From positions 1-44,215 of the IMG/VR virus record IMGVR_UViG_3300048599_000177: a stretch of DNA of 44,215 nt; one strand, written 5' to 3'. Below, piece by piece: positions 1 to 7,604 of the stretch. The DNA is from a virus. Taxonomy: Duplodnaviria > Caudoviricetes. How positions within the stretch are numbered: the first letter of the stretch is position 1; each line of letters begins with the position of its first letter. Position numbers and translations under genes: made by a program. The notes under the pieces are model-generated. The model worked only from the letters and a program-made list of their open reading frames with translations, ran no database searches and had not been told where the DNA came from.

Positions 1-127
1 GACGGCGTGCCGATGCCGAAGGGCATCCAGGGCTACCCGCGGCGCGCCGTCACCGCCATCCAGAAGGCCCGCGGCCTGCGCCCGACCGGCGACTACGGGC
101 CGAAGCTGCACCGGTACCTGTTCGGCA
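1..127. repeat. 127-bp exact terminal duplication (copy at 44089-44215), assembly circularisation overlap
   Basis: gacggcgtgccg...ctgttcggca is identical at both ends and lies inside an ORF that continues in frame across the junction. Confidence 0.95.
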
Positions 128-141
128 AGAACGCCCGGTAG
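1..141 (+). CDS. C-terminal part of endolysin (peptidoglycan-binding-like domain), continues from 43513
   Basis: Frame 1 reads DGVPMPKGIQGYPRRAVTAIQKARGLRPTGDYGPKLHRYLFGKNAR*, with TAG at 139-141. The AVTAIQKARGLRPTG.YGP segment resembles PG_binding_1. Confidence 0.8.
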   Translation, partial: DGVPMPKGIQGYPRRAVTAIQKARGLRPTGDYGPKLHRYLFGKNAR

Positions 142-153
142 CAGCCACGAGAC

Positions 154-192
154 CGGCCCCCGCACCCACCTCCTGCCCGGGTGCGGGGGCCG
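154..192 (+). terminator. 14-bp stem hairpin after endolysin
   Basis: cggcccccgcaccc (154-167) pairs with gggtgcgggggccg (179-192). Confidence 0.65.
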
Positions 193-248
193 CTTCGCGT
201 GACAGGCGCCCCCGCCGGCCGCTACCGTCGACGTCGAGGGGGTCCCAC

Positions 249-533
249 ATGAACACGATCCTGGCCGCCGACGACGCCGGCGGTGGCGCGCTCGGGTTGG
301 CGACGATCATCCTGCCGCTGCTCGGCATCGCCATCCCGATCCTCGTCGCGGAGCTGCGCGGCGTGGTCCACAAGGGCGCGACGATCATCTTGTCGCTGCT
401 GCTCGGCTGGACCGTCATCGGCGCGATCGTGCCGCTGCTCGTCGCCGTGACCGCGAAGACGCGGAAGGACATCACCATGCAGGCGAAGGCGAACGCGGCC
501 GCCCTGCAGGGCTACAGCCCGCCGAAGATGTAG
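249..533 (+). CDS. Superinfection immunity membrane protein (T4 Imm-like)
   Basis: Two or three hydrophobic segments; IILSLLLGWTVIGAIVPLL matches the Imm_superinfect N/S-L-x-LGWT-x-IG motif; GAGGGG RBS. Confidence 0.65.
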   Translation: MNTILAADDAGGGALGLATIILPLLGIAIPILVAELRGVVHKGATIILSLLLGWTVIGAIVPLLVAVTAKTRKDITMQAKANAAALQGYSPPKM

Positions 534-534
534 G

Positions 535-822
535 TCACGACACCATCCACACCACGCACAGCGTGCGCGGCTCCTGCGGGTCGTCCCGGTGATGCCACGA
601 GTCGTAGAGCCGGGGATTGCCGATCAGGATGAGTTTCTCCTCGCTCGTCGCCGCGTGCGCGACGTGCTCGAGGTCGGGCATCATCGCCGTCGCCATCTTG
701 TCCATCGGCCACCGTTCCCAGCCGATCTCCTCCGGCACCGCGAGCGGTGAGGTTCGGCCCGTGTCGTCCACGAGGTCGACGTCGCGTCTCCCGTGCGAGT
801 CCAGTGTGATGACCAGTCGCAT
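535..822 (-). CDS. Hypothetical 95-aa protein under LexA/PafBC-type control (candidate antirepressor or inducer)
   Basis: ATG at 822 (MRLVITLDSHG...) with GAAGGAGG RBS; an SOS box and a promoter lie directly upstream. Confidence 0.7.
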   Translation of the reverse strand: MRLVITLDSHGRRDVDLVDDTGRTSPLAVPEEIGWERWPMDKMATAMMPDLEHVAHAATSEEKLILIGNPRLYDSWHHRDDPQEPRTLCVVWMVS

Positions 823-834
823 CGCAACCCTCCT

Positions 835-850
835 TCGTACACCTGTTCGA
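835..850. promoter_or_regulatory. LexA (SOS) box
   Basis: TCGTACACCTGTTCGA is one mismatch from the actinobacterial consensus TCGAAC-N4-GTTCGA. Confidence 0.75.
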
Positions 851-857
851 TAGCGGG

Positions 858-879
858 ACTGTAGACCGACACGCCGACA
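858..879 (-). promoter_or_regulatory. PafBC-type (RecA-NDp) DNA-damage promoter, leftward
   Basis: Minus strand TGTCGG-cgtgtcggtc-TACAGT is an exact fit to TGTCGG-N10-TAnnnT. Confidence 0.7.
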
Positions 880-900
880 CCTCGTCAACCCAGGGCGCGA

Positions 901-922
901 TGTCGGACCCGAGTGCCACCCT
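901..922 (+). promoter_or_regulatory. PafBC-type promoter, rightward (leaderless DUF3263 mRNA)
   Basis: TGTCGG-acccgagtgc-CACCCT has N10 spacing and a -10 with one mismatch, 6 nt before the GTG at 929. Confidence 0.5.
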
Positions 923-928
923 GAGCGC

Positions 929-1186
929 GTGGGCGAGCTGAACGAGACCGACCGGGCGATCCTGGACTTCGAGCGCCAGTGGTGGAAGTACGCCGGCGCG
1001 AAAGAGCAGGCGATCCGGGACAAGTTCGACCTCAGCTCGACGAGGTACTACCAGCGCCTCAACCGGATCATCAACGACCCCGCGGCCCTGGCTTACGACG
1101 CCGCGCTCGTCCGGCGCCTGCAGGCGATCCGGGCCCGGCGGAAGTCGTCACCGCTCGCCGCCGGCGGCCGCCGCGCCGTCCCGTGA
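929..1186 (+). CDS. DUF3263 family protein
   Basis: ILDFERQWWKYAGAKEQAIRDKFDLSSTRYYQRLN..I.DP.AL is the characteristic actinobacterial DUF3263 signature. Confidence 0.85.
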   Translation: MGELNETDRAILDFERQWWKYAGAKEQAIRDKFDLSSTRYYQRLNRIINDPAALAYDAALVRRLQAIRARRKSSPLAAGGRRAVP

Positions 1187-1433
1187 GAATCCCGTCAACG
1201 CCCCGGAATCCCGTCAGAATCCCGTCCATTGTTGACCGCTTTCACCCGCAATCTCACGGTGTCTACCGGTGTCATTTCCGTTGCGCCCCAACGTTTCACG
1301 AGGAACATCGGGGGTCGGGCGCCGGGGCGTTCGAGCTCTACTACGACATCTAGACGCAGCGCCCACAACCCGCCCGTGACCAGGGAGAACGCTCGTCGGC
1401 CCGCGCCGGCGTCCCGTGAGAATCCCGTCAACG
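1177..1433. other. attP site: arm-type repeats and core
   Basis: Non-coding gap downstream of integrase. GAATCCCGTC at 1187, 1206, 1217 and 1420; 24-bp direct repeat at 1177-1200 and 1410-1433. Core candidate ~1330-1353 reads FELYYDI*. Confidence 0.8.
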
Positions 1434-1486
1434 GCGGCAGATAGCTCCCTCTCGCGTCGATTCGCCTCGCGCGCACAGGGAATGGG

Positions 1487-1520
1487 ACGGCCCCCGGACT
1501 TCGGTCCGGGGGCCGTTTCG
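1487..1520 (+). terminator. Intrinsic terminator with cUUCGg tetraloop
   Basis: acggcccccggac-ttcg-gtccgggggccgt, a 13-bp stem followed by a short T-rich tail. Confidence 0.8.
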
Positions 1521-1535
1521 TGTCAGGGTCTCGGG

Positions 1536-2711
1536 TTACGCTTCGGCCGCCGGCCTGCGCGATGTCTCCCCCGTCATCGCCGGGCCGGCATCCTCGTCCG
1601 GCCACGCGGCCGCCATGACCCGCCGCGCCAGCTCGAGCGACTCATCCGTCACCCGCACGTACCGCGCCATCGTCACACCCTGCGGCTCGTGCCCCACCAC
1701 CTGCTGCACCGTCCGCAGCGGCACGCCACCCTGCTCCCACGTCGTGATCGCCAACCGGCGCAGACCATGCGGGGAGAACCGGCTACCATGGCGGCCCGCG
1801 AACACCGCGACCCGCTGCGACAACGTCGCCGGGTCCGTCAGCCCGAGCACGAGATCCAGCTCCACCGTCGCGGCCGCGTCCGGCGCGCCCACCGGCACCG
1901 ACACCGGGCCCGGGCGGGCGCCGGCGAGCACGCTCAGCGCTTCCACCACCCACGCCGCGAGCGGCACGACCCGCTCGCCACCGGCCTGGGTCTTCGGGTC
2001 GGTCGCGTAGAACCCGCCACGCGCGAACCCCGCCCTCCGGGCGTCCGCATCCGACATCCACTGCACCTGCCGGCGGACCGTCAGCGTGCGCCGCATCCAG
2101 TCGACGTCGCCGACGGCCAGGCCGCACATCTCGCCCGCGCGCAGCGCCGTCCCGGCGAGCGCCTGGATCGTCGCAGCGGTCTTCGGTCGAGCGGCGGCGA
2201 CGGTGGCCGCGACCTGCGTCCAGTCCGGGGTCGGTTGCATGGCGGTGCGGATCTTCCCGAGCCGCTCCCCCAGGAACGGTGAGCGATCGACGAGCCCGTC
2301 GAGTACCGCGGAGCGCATGACGGACCGGGCGAGTACGAGGGCGTTGAATGCGGTCGCCGCGGCCGCGTTCTGCTCGCAGTAGGTGGCGAGCTGCACGGCG
2401 TCGGTGTGGCGCAGGGACCGCAGCGGGCGGTGCCCCCACGCCGGGAATAACAGGCGCTCGCAGTCGCGCAGGTAGCGCCGGCGCGTGTTCGGGGCGAGGT
2501 TGCGCGCGTCGATGACCTGCAGCGCGTAGTCCCGGAAGGTGACTTTGCCGGCGTTCGGGTCGAGGTAGGTGCCGCGCTGCATGCGGACCTTGACCTCGGC
2601 CTCGTGGGCATTCGCGGCCTGTTTGCCGACGACGGTCTTCGAGTATTCGCGGCCGTGCGGGTTGTAGACGCGGACGAGGAACCTATTGCCCCCCAGCGCC
2701 TTCACGCTCAT
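1536..2711 (-). CDS. int: Tyrosine integrase
   Basis: Catalytic residues R (ALRAGE), K (DPKT), HxxR (HGLRR), H (VGHE), Y (ARYV); N-terminal arm-binding region. Confidence 0.95.
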   Translation of the reverse strand: MSVKALGGNRFLVRVYNPHGREYSKTVVGKQAANAHEAEVKVRMQRGTYLDPNAGKVTFRDYALQVIDARNLAPNTRRRYLRDCERLLFPAWGHRPLRSLRHTDAVQLATYCEQNAAAATAFNALVLARSVMRSAVLDGLVDRSPFLGERLGKIRTAMQPTPDWTQVAATVAAARPKTAATIQALAGTALRAGEMCGLAVGDVDWMRRTLTVRRQVQWMSDADARRAGFARGGFYATDPKTQAGGERVVPLAAWVVEALSVLAGARPGPVSVPVGAPDAAATVELDLVLGLTDPATLSQRVAVFAGRHGSRFSPHGLRRLAITTWEQGGVPLRTVQQVVGHEPQGVTMARYVRVTDESLELARRVMAAAWPDEDAGPAMTGETSRRPAAEA

Positions 2712-3241
2712 CGCGGACCCAGCGTCCGCTCGTACAGGTCGATCGCGTCCCGCAGCACCTCGTTGACGTGGCGCTCTTCAGCGAGCGCGAGCTGGACGAG
2801 GCGCTCCCACAGGGCGTCCTCGATCGCGGAGCGCGGCCTCGCGTCGAGTGCGGCCGCGATGACGGCGAAGTTGTCGGAGACCTTGGCCGGGAAGTGGGCA
2901 GCCAGATTGCGGAAGACCTGCATTTGCGAGCCGTCGATCTGGTCCGGGTCGACGGGGTCCGGCTCGCCACCAAACTCGATCTGACCGATACTGCCGGGCG
3001 CCCACAAGAGCGCAGCCTCAACCGCTCGCTCCGTCCGTTCTGACGGCGGCGCAAGGGCTTTCGTGTTCTCGAGCGACTTGACGGTCGACACACTCACGCC
3101 GGCGGCAGCGGCGAGGGATTCCTGTGTGAGCCCGAGCTCCTCGCGCCGTTCACGGATCCGTCGGGCGGCGCGCTCGCGCGCCTCGCCGAGGCGGGCGCCC
3201 TTGATGGCCGGTTTCTTCCTCGACCCAGCGGACTGAACCAT
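2708..3241 (-). CDS. Immunity repressor: XRE HTH plus C-terminal ribbon-helix-helix-like domain
   Basis: IRERREELGLTQESLAAAAGVSVSTVKSLE forms an HTH; gene overlaps int by 4 nt and is divergent from Xis/Cro; no S24 peptidase domain. Confidence 0.85.
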   Translation of the reverse strand: MVQSAGSRKKPAIKGARLGEARERAARRIRERREELGLTQESLAAAAGVSVSTVKSLENTKALAPPSERTERAVEAALLWAPGSIGQIEFGGEPDPVDPDQIDGSQMQVFRNLAAHFPAKVSDNFAVIAAALDARPRSAIEDALWERLVQLALAEERHVNEVLRDAIDLYERTLGPR

Positions 3242-3391
3242 GCCGCCGAGCGTACCACCGCCAATTACCGGTGTATACCGGTGATTACCGTGTTTCTGAT
3301 GTGACTCATGTGACGGTCAATCCGAGGTCTACCGCTATTTACCGGTGTTTCGCCTTGACTTACCGGTAGTCACCGGTAAATAGTCGGTGCC
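3242..3391. promoter_or_regulatory. Divergent immunity switch: promoters and phased TACCG(GT) operators
   Basis: Leftward extended -10 TGG-TACGCT (3254-3249) 7 nt before the repressor ATG. Rightward TTGACT (3355) N18 AATAGT 7 nt before the ATG at 3392. TACCG-type repeats at 3266, 3276, 3286, 3330, 3340, 3361 and 3371. Confidence 0.7.
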
Positions 3392-3598
3392 ATGCCTCGG
3401 ACCCCCATCCCCACCAGGGACGACCTCGTCACCCTCGATGAGCTCTGCGAGATGGGGTTCATGGGCAAGGACAACTACCGGCACATGCGCCGGGCCGGGA
3501 AGACGCCGCCGGCCATCAAGATCGGGCGCCGGCTCTACTTCCGCAAGAAGGAGGCCGAGGACTGGGTGCGCAACGTGCGCATGGTCTCCGCCCCCTGA
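3392..3598 (+). CDS. xis: Excisionase / Cro-Cox-like winged-HTH protein
   Basis: 68 aa; LVTLDELCEM...PPAIKIGRRLYFRKKEAEDWV is an AlpA/HTH_17 pattern; first gene divergent from the repressor. Confidence 0.8.
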   Translation: MPRTPIPTRDDLVTLDELCEMGFMGKDNYRHMRRAGKTPPAIKIGRRLYFRKKEAEDWVRNVRMVSAP

Positions 3599-3613
3599 CC
3601 CAACCACGTAGGA

Positions 3614-3659
3614 CCCCTCCCGCCGCGTCACTCCGCCAAGAACGCCGCGACGGGAGGGG
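3614..3659 (+). terminator. GC-rich hairpin after xis
   Basis: cccctcccg-ccgcg ... cgcg-a-cgggagggg. Confidence 0.55.
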
Positions 3660-3686
3660 CTGAACCCCCAACCACGAGGGAACACC

Positions 3687-3890
3687 ATGGATCTTGCCAC
3701 CATCGTCATCGTCATCCTGATCGTCCTGCTCGTCATCGTCTTCGCGATCCTCCTCGCCGCGCTCGCCGCCAACGTCGGCCTGCGGAACAACAACTGGGAC
3801 CTGCGGGCGCAGCTCGTCGAGGTCACCGAGGAGCGGGACTACGCCGTCAACGCGCTCGAGGCCCTCGCACGCAAGGCCACCGAGCGATGA
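3687..3890 (+). CDS. Small membrane protein with coiled coil
   Basis: Long hydrophobic N-terminus; GAGGG RBS; ATGA overlap with the next gene. Confidence 0.75.
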   Translation: MDLATIVIVILIVLLVIVFAILLAALAANVGLRNNNWDLRAQLVEVTEERDYAVNALEALARKATER

Positions 3891-4285
3891 GCTTCGTCAC
3901 CTTCGAGTGCGCCGCGCCGCTCTGCAAGGCCGCGTTCGGCGTCGCCAACCCGGACCCGTGGGACACCGACCTCGCTCTCGCCGACGAGATGGGCTGGGTC
4001 ATCGGCTGGGGACTGACCGCGTGCTGCGACGAGCACCTGACTCTCGGCCGCGTCGCCACGCTGGTCACGCCCGCCGCGATCCAGGCCGCGTTGTTCGCAG
4101 CGAACAACGTCGCCAGTGCCCAGTACTGCGAGGCGGGCCTCTGGATGAGCGTCGCTGCGAAGCGTGACAGTGCTCGGGACCGGTTCTGCATCGAGAACGC
4201 TCTCGAGCACGGCCTGCTCGCATGGTCGTACAGCCTCGAGCGCGACCAGCTCCGCCGCGAGGCCGCGGCCCTGGCGGTGGCGTGA
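3887..4285 (+). CDS. Hypothetical protein (Cys-containing)
   Basis: Translationally coupled ORF with high GC3 codon usage. Confidence 0.7.
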   Translation: MSFVTFECAAPLCKAAFGVANPDPWDTDLALADEMGWVIGWGLTACCDEHLTLGRVATLVTPAAIQAALFAANNVASAQYCEAGLWMSVAAKRDSARDRFCIENALEHGLLAWSYSLERDQLRREAAALAVA

Positions 4286-4455
4286 TGAGCTGGGAGCACA
4301 TCCTCGGCATCGTCGGCCTCCTCATCGCGACCTGGGGCCTCGGGCACGAGATGGGCCAGCGCGCCGAGCGCAAGGCCAACAACGCCAACGCCAACTACGC
4401 GGCCAAGGTCCGCCGCTCCACCATGCACGACGTCAACGGCGGGCGGCGAGCATGA
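4285..4455 (+). CDS. Small hypothetical membrane protein (MSWEHILG...)
   Basis: TGATG overlap at the start and ATGA overlap at the end. Confidence 0.6.
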   Translation: MSWEHILGIVGLLIATWGLGHEMGQRAERKANNANANYAAKVRRSTMHDVNGGRRA

Positions 4456-5132
4456 AGCGACGCCAGCGCCTCCTCATCGACGCGTTCTGCGGTGTCGGTC
4501 TCGCGGCCGACGGCTACATCCGGGCCGGCTTCGACGACGTTGTCGGCTTCGACATCAACCCCCAGCCCAACTACCCGTACAACTTCGTCCAGGTCGACGC
4601 GATCAACGTCCTCACGTTCTTCGACGAGATCGACTTCTCCGCCTACTCGGCCGTCCACCTGTCGCCGCCGTGCCAGCCGTTCACCCGGGCCTCGCACCTG
4701 CGCAGCGCCCAGGGCGGCGAGTCGAAGTACGCCGACCTGCTCACGCCGACGCTCGCCCTCCTGCGAGGCAAGAGCGTGCCCTGGGTCGTCGAGAACGTCC
4801 CCGGCGCACCCGGCATGGACGGCGCGGTCGTCGAGTGTGGCAGCGCCTACGGGCTCGGCGTGCGTCGGCACCGGCTGTTCCTGTCGAACGTGCCGCTCGT
4901 CGGCTCAGGGTGCGATCACAGGGGCCAGGGCAGGCCGTGGGGCGTCTACCACGTCCCCGGTGACTCGATCCCCCAGGGTGGCCGCACGGCCCGCGACGCG
5001 GCGCACGGCCGGGAGGTCATGGGCGTCGACCGCGACGTGACGTGGGACGAGCTCAAGGAAGGCTTTCCGCCCGCGTACACCGAGCACATCGGGCGCCAGG
5101 TGCTCGAGGCCATCGCGGAGCGTGCGGCATGA
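4452..5132 (+). CDS. C5 cytosine DNA methyltransferase (orphan)
   Basis: Motifs I (DAFCGVG), IV (SPPCQPF), VI (ENV) and VIII (RRHRLF); true start MKRRQRL at 4452. Confidence 0.9.
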   Translation: MKRRQRLLIDAFCGVGLAADGYIRAGFDDVVGFDINPQPNYPYNFVQVDAINVLTFFDEIDFSAYSAVHLSPPCQPFTRASHLRSAQGGESKYADLLTPTLALLRGKSVPWVVENVPGAPGMDGAVVECGSAYGLGVRRHRLFLSNVPLVGSGCDHRGQGRPWGVYHVPGDSIPQGGRTARDAAHGREVMGVDRDVTWDELKEGFPPAYTEHIGRQVLEAIAERAA

Positions 5133-5449
5133 CCGACGCCCAGTGGGCCCTCGCGCCCATCCTCGCCCTCGCCATCGCGGTCCCCCTGGCCGCCGCCTAC
5201 GAGCACCGCGCCCGGCGCCGGTGGCAGCGCGAGCAGCTCCAACTCGCGTTCTACCGGCTCACGGCCCAGGTGCTCGCATTCCAGGACGCGATGAAGCGCA
5301 TCGAGCTCGCCGTCCGCGACTTCGCGATCCAGGTGCGTCCCATCGGCGACGCGGTCGACCAGATGCACCGCCAGTTCGCCGCATCCATCGTCTTCGGCTA
5401 CCGGGTCCGCGACCCGAAGACGATGCGCTTCCCCGGGAGCGGCGCATGA
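5129..5449 (+). CDS. Hypothetical membrane-anchored protein
   Basis: ATGA-coupled; N-terminal transmembrane segment (WALAPILALAIAVPLAAAY). Confidence 0.65.
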   Translation: MTDAQWALAPILALAIAVPLAAAYEHRARRRWQREQLQLAFYRLTAQVLAFQDAMKRIELAVRDFAIQVRPIGDAVDQMHRQFAASIVFGYRVRDPKTMRFPGSGA

Positions 5450-6117
5450 GCGCGCCCCACGGGACCGTGTCCCGCTACCACCGGGGCTGCCACTGCGCCG
5501 ACTGCCGAGGCGCCATGGCCGCCTACACCCGAGGTCGCGTCCGCCGGCGCGCCATGGTCCGCTGGGGTGCCGCGCTCCCCGCGTACGTCGACCCGGCCGC
5601 CACGCGTGAGCACATCGAGACGCTGCGCGCCTTCGGACTCGGCACGCGGGAGATCGCCCGACGCGCCCACGTCGGCCGGTACACCGTCGAGCGCATCCTC
5701 GGCATCGCCACCGGCGAGCACGGACCCTCCACACGGATCCGCACCGAGACCGCTACCGCGATCCTCGCCGTCCGGGCGGACCGCCTCGCCGACCGAGCCC
5801 TCGTCGACGCCACCGGCTCGACGCGCCGCCTGCGAGGGCTCGTCGCCCTCGGCTGGCCGCAGCAGCAGCTCGCCGACCGCATCGGCTGGCACATCGCGGC
5901 CCTGTCGTACATCACCCGCGGCCGTCAGCGCCACGTCCACCAGGCCACCGCGGACCTCATCGCCGCCCTGTACGACGAGCTGTCCGGGCAGCCCGGACCC
6001 AGCGGGCGGGTGAGCGCCCTCGCAGCGAAGCGTGGCTGGGCCCCGCCCCTGGCGTGGGACGACGACGAGATCGACGCCCCGACCGCACGGCCTCGTGGAC
6101 TGCGGGGTGCCGCATGA
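5446..6117 (+). CDS. HTH DNA-binding protein with N-terminal HG..RY..GC.C..C zinc motif
   Basis: HGTVSRYHRGCHCADC followed by two HTH-like segments (GTREIARRAHVGRYTV; GWPQQQLADRIG). Confidence 0.75.
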   Translation: MSAPHGTVSRYHRGCHCADCRGAMAAYTRGRVRRRAMVRWGAALPAYVDPAATREHIETLRAFGLGTREIARRAHVGRYTVERILGIATGEHGPSTRIRTETATAILAVRADRLADRALVDATGSTRRLRGLVALGWPQQQLADRIGWHIAALSYITRGRQRHVHQATADLIAALYDELSGQPGPSGRVSALAAKRGWAPPLAWDDDEIDAPTARPRGLRGAA

Positions 6118-7604
6118 GTATCGCCTTTCACCAGCCCTCGCCCGACGACTTCGCGTGGGCCCACGTTGACTCAGTCGACGACGCTACTCCAAGTACCACC
6201 GAGGATTTCAGCGATCTCCTCCCCTGCGAATGGGGTCCTCTCACAGGGGTCCGCCTACACCGGCAGGGGGAGCGCTTCCACGTCTACGCCGGCGACAGCC
6301 TCGACGTCCTCCGCACGTTCGGCGATGCGACGTTCGACGCGATCGTCACAGATCCTCCCTACGGCCTCGAGTTCATGGGGAAGGAATGGGACGCGCCCTG
6401 GAAGGGCGACGTTCGTCAGATCGGCGACCCGACGTTCAAGCAGGGCGAATCGCGGCACGGCAAGGTCCGACACGGCATGTCGCGGTCCTACGGCGGTGAC
6501 CCGGAGACCCAGCTCCGCGCGTTCCAGGCGTGGTGCGAGGAGTGGGCGACCGAGTGCCTTCGCGTGCTCAAGCCCGGCGGCCACCTCCTCGCGTTCGGCG
6601 GGGCACGCACCTGGCATCGCCTCGCCACTGGGATCGAGGACGCCGGCTTCGAGCTGCGCGACTCGATCGCATGGCTCTACGGCTCCGGCTTCCCGAAGTC
6701 GCTGGACGTGTCCAAGGCGATCGACAAAGCTGCCGGCGCGACGCGCGAGGTCGTCTCTGAGGGTGCGCCCGTGAAGCGCATGATCCCGGGCGCTGACCAG
6801 AACAAGACGGGCTCGTGGATCAAGGACAGTAGCCGCGAGTTCATCCCACAGGAGACAGCCCCCGCCACCGAGGATGCCGCCCGCTGGGAGGGCTGGGGTA
6901 CCGCCCTCAAGCCCGCGTTCGAGCCGATCGTCGTCGCCCGCAAGCCGTTCAAAGGCACCGTCGCCGCGAACGTCCTGGCGCACGGCACCGGCGCGCTGAA
7001 CATCGATGCCTGCCGCATCGAGACCGACGACGACCTCAACGGAGGCGCCTACGCCGAGGTGGGCAACCGATCAGAGTCGGCCTCGATGCACGGCGGGACC
7101 GGGATGAACGTTCCTGGCAAAACCGTCGGCAAGAAGTTCGAACAGCCGACTGGCCGCTGGCCGGCGAACGTCGTCCTCGACGAGGACACAGCCGCCGAGC
7201 TCGACGAGCAGGTCGGCGTGCTCAAGTCGGGTGCCAACCCGACCCGCCGCGGCTCGGACAAGTCCCGCGACACCTACGGCGAGTTCACCGGCCAGACCGA
7301 ATGCACCCCGGCCCGAGGCGCCGACGCCGGCGGACCCTCGCGATTCTTCTACGTAGCCAAGGCATCAGCGAAGGAACGTCCCAAGGTCGACGGCGTCGCC
7401 CACCCGACCGTCAAGCCCCTCGCCCTCATGCAGTGGCTCCTGCGGCTCGTCACCCCGCCCGACGGGCTCGTGCTCGACCCGTTCGCCGGGTCCGGCACCA
7501 CGATCGAGGCCGCGCTCCGCGAGGGCTTCGGCGTCGTCGGGATCGAACGCGAGGAGTCGTACCTACCCCTCATCGAGGTGCGCATCCAAAGGACACTGTC
7601 GTGA
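6114..7604 (+). CDS. N6-adenine/N4-cytosine DNA methyltransferase (beta class, orphan)
   Basis: DPPY precedes HPTVKP and DPFAGSGTT. Confidence 0.92.
   Translation: MSIAFHQPSPDDFAWAHVDSVDDATPSTTEDFSDLLPCEWGPLTGVRLHRQGERFHVYAGDSLDVLRTFGDATFDAIVTDPPYGLEFMGKEWDAPWKGDVRQIGDPTFKQGESRHGKVRHGMSRSYGGDPETQLRAFQAWCEEWATECLRVLKPGGHLLAFGGARTWHRLATGIEDAGFELRDSIAWLYGSGFPKSLDVSKAIDKAAGATREVVSEGAPVKRMIPGADQNKTGSWIKDSSREFIPQETAPATEDAARWEGWGTALKPAFEPIVVARKPFKGTVAANVLAHGTGALNIDACRIETDDDLNGGAYAEVGNRSESASMHGGTGMNVPGKTVGKKFEQPTGRWPANVVLDEDTAAELDEQVGVLKSGANPTRRGSDKSRDTYGEFTGQTECTPARGADAGGPSRFFYVAKASAKERPKVDGVAHPTVKPLALMQWLLRLVTPPDGLVLDPFAGSGTTIEAALREGFGVVGIEREESYLPLIEVRIQRTLS

Noticed and set aside
979-1353. 124-aa ORF ending FELYYDI as a real gene
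   Set aside because: It overlaps DUF3263 out of frame and runs through the att arm repeats; only the last seven codons are meaningful, as the att core.
1536-3241. Integration-dependent immunity (attP inside the repressor, ssrA-like tags)
   Set aside because: attP lies downstream of int, not in the repressor; the Ala-rich C-terminus of Int (AAEA) is weak evidence alone.
4164-4451. N-terminal extensions in the ORF track (e.g. 4164, 5122, 7301, 11534, 18020, 41657)
   Set aside because: They overlap upstream genes; starts were reassigned to coupled ATGA/GTGA or RBS-supported codons.
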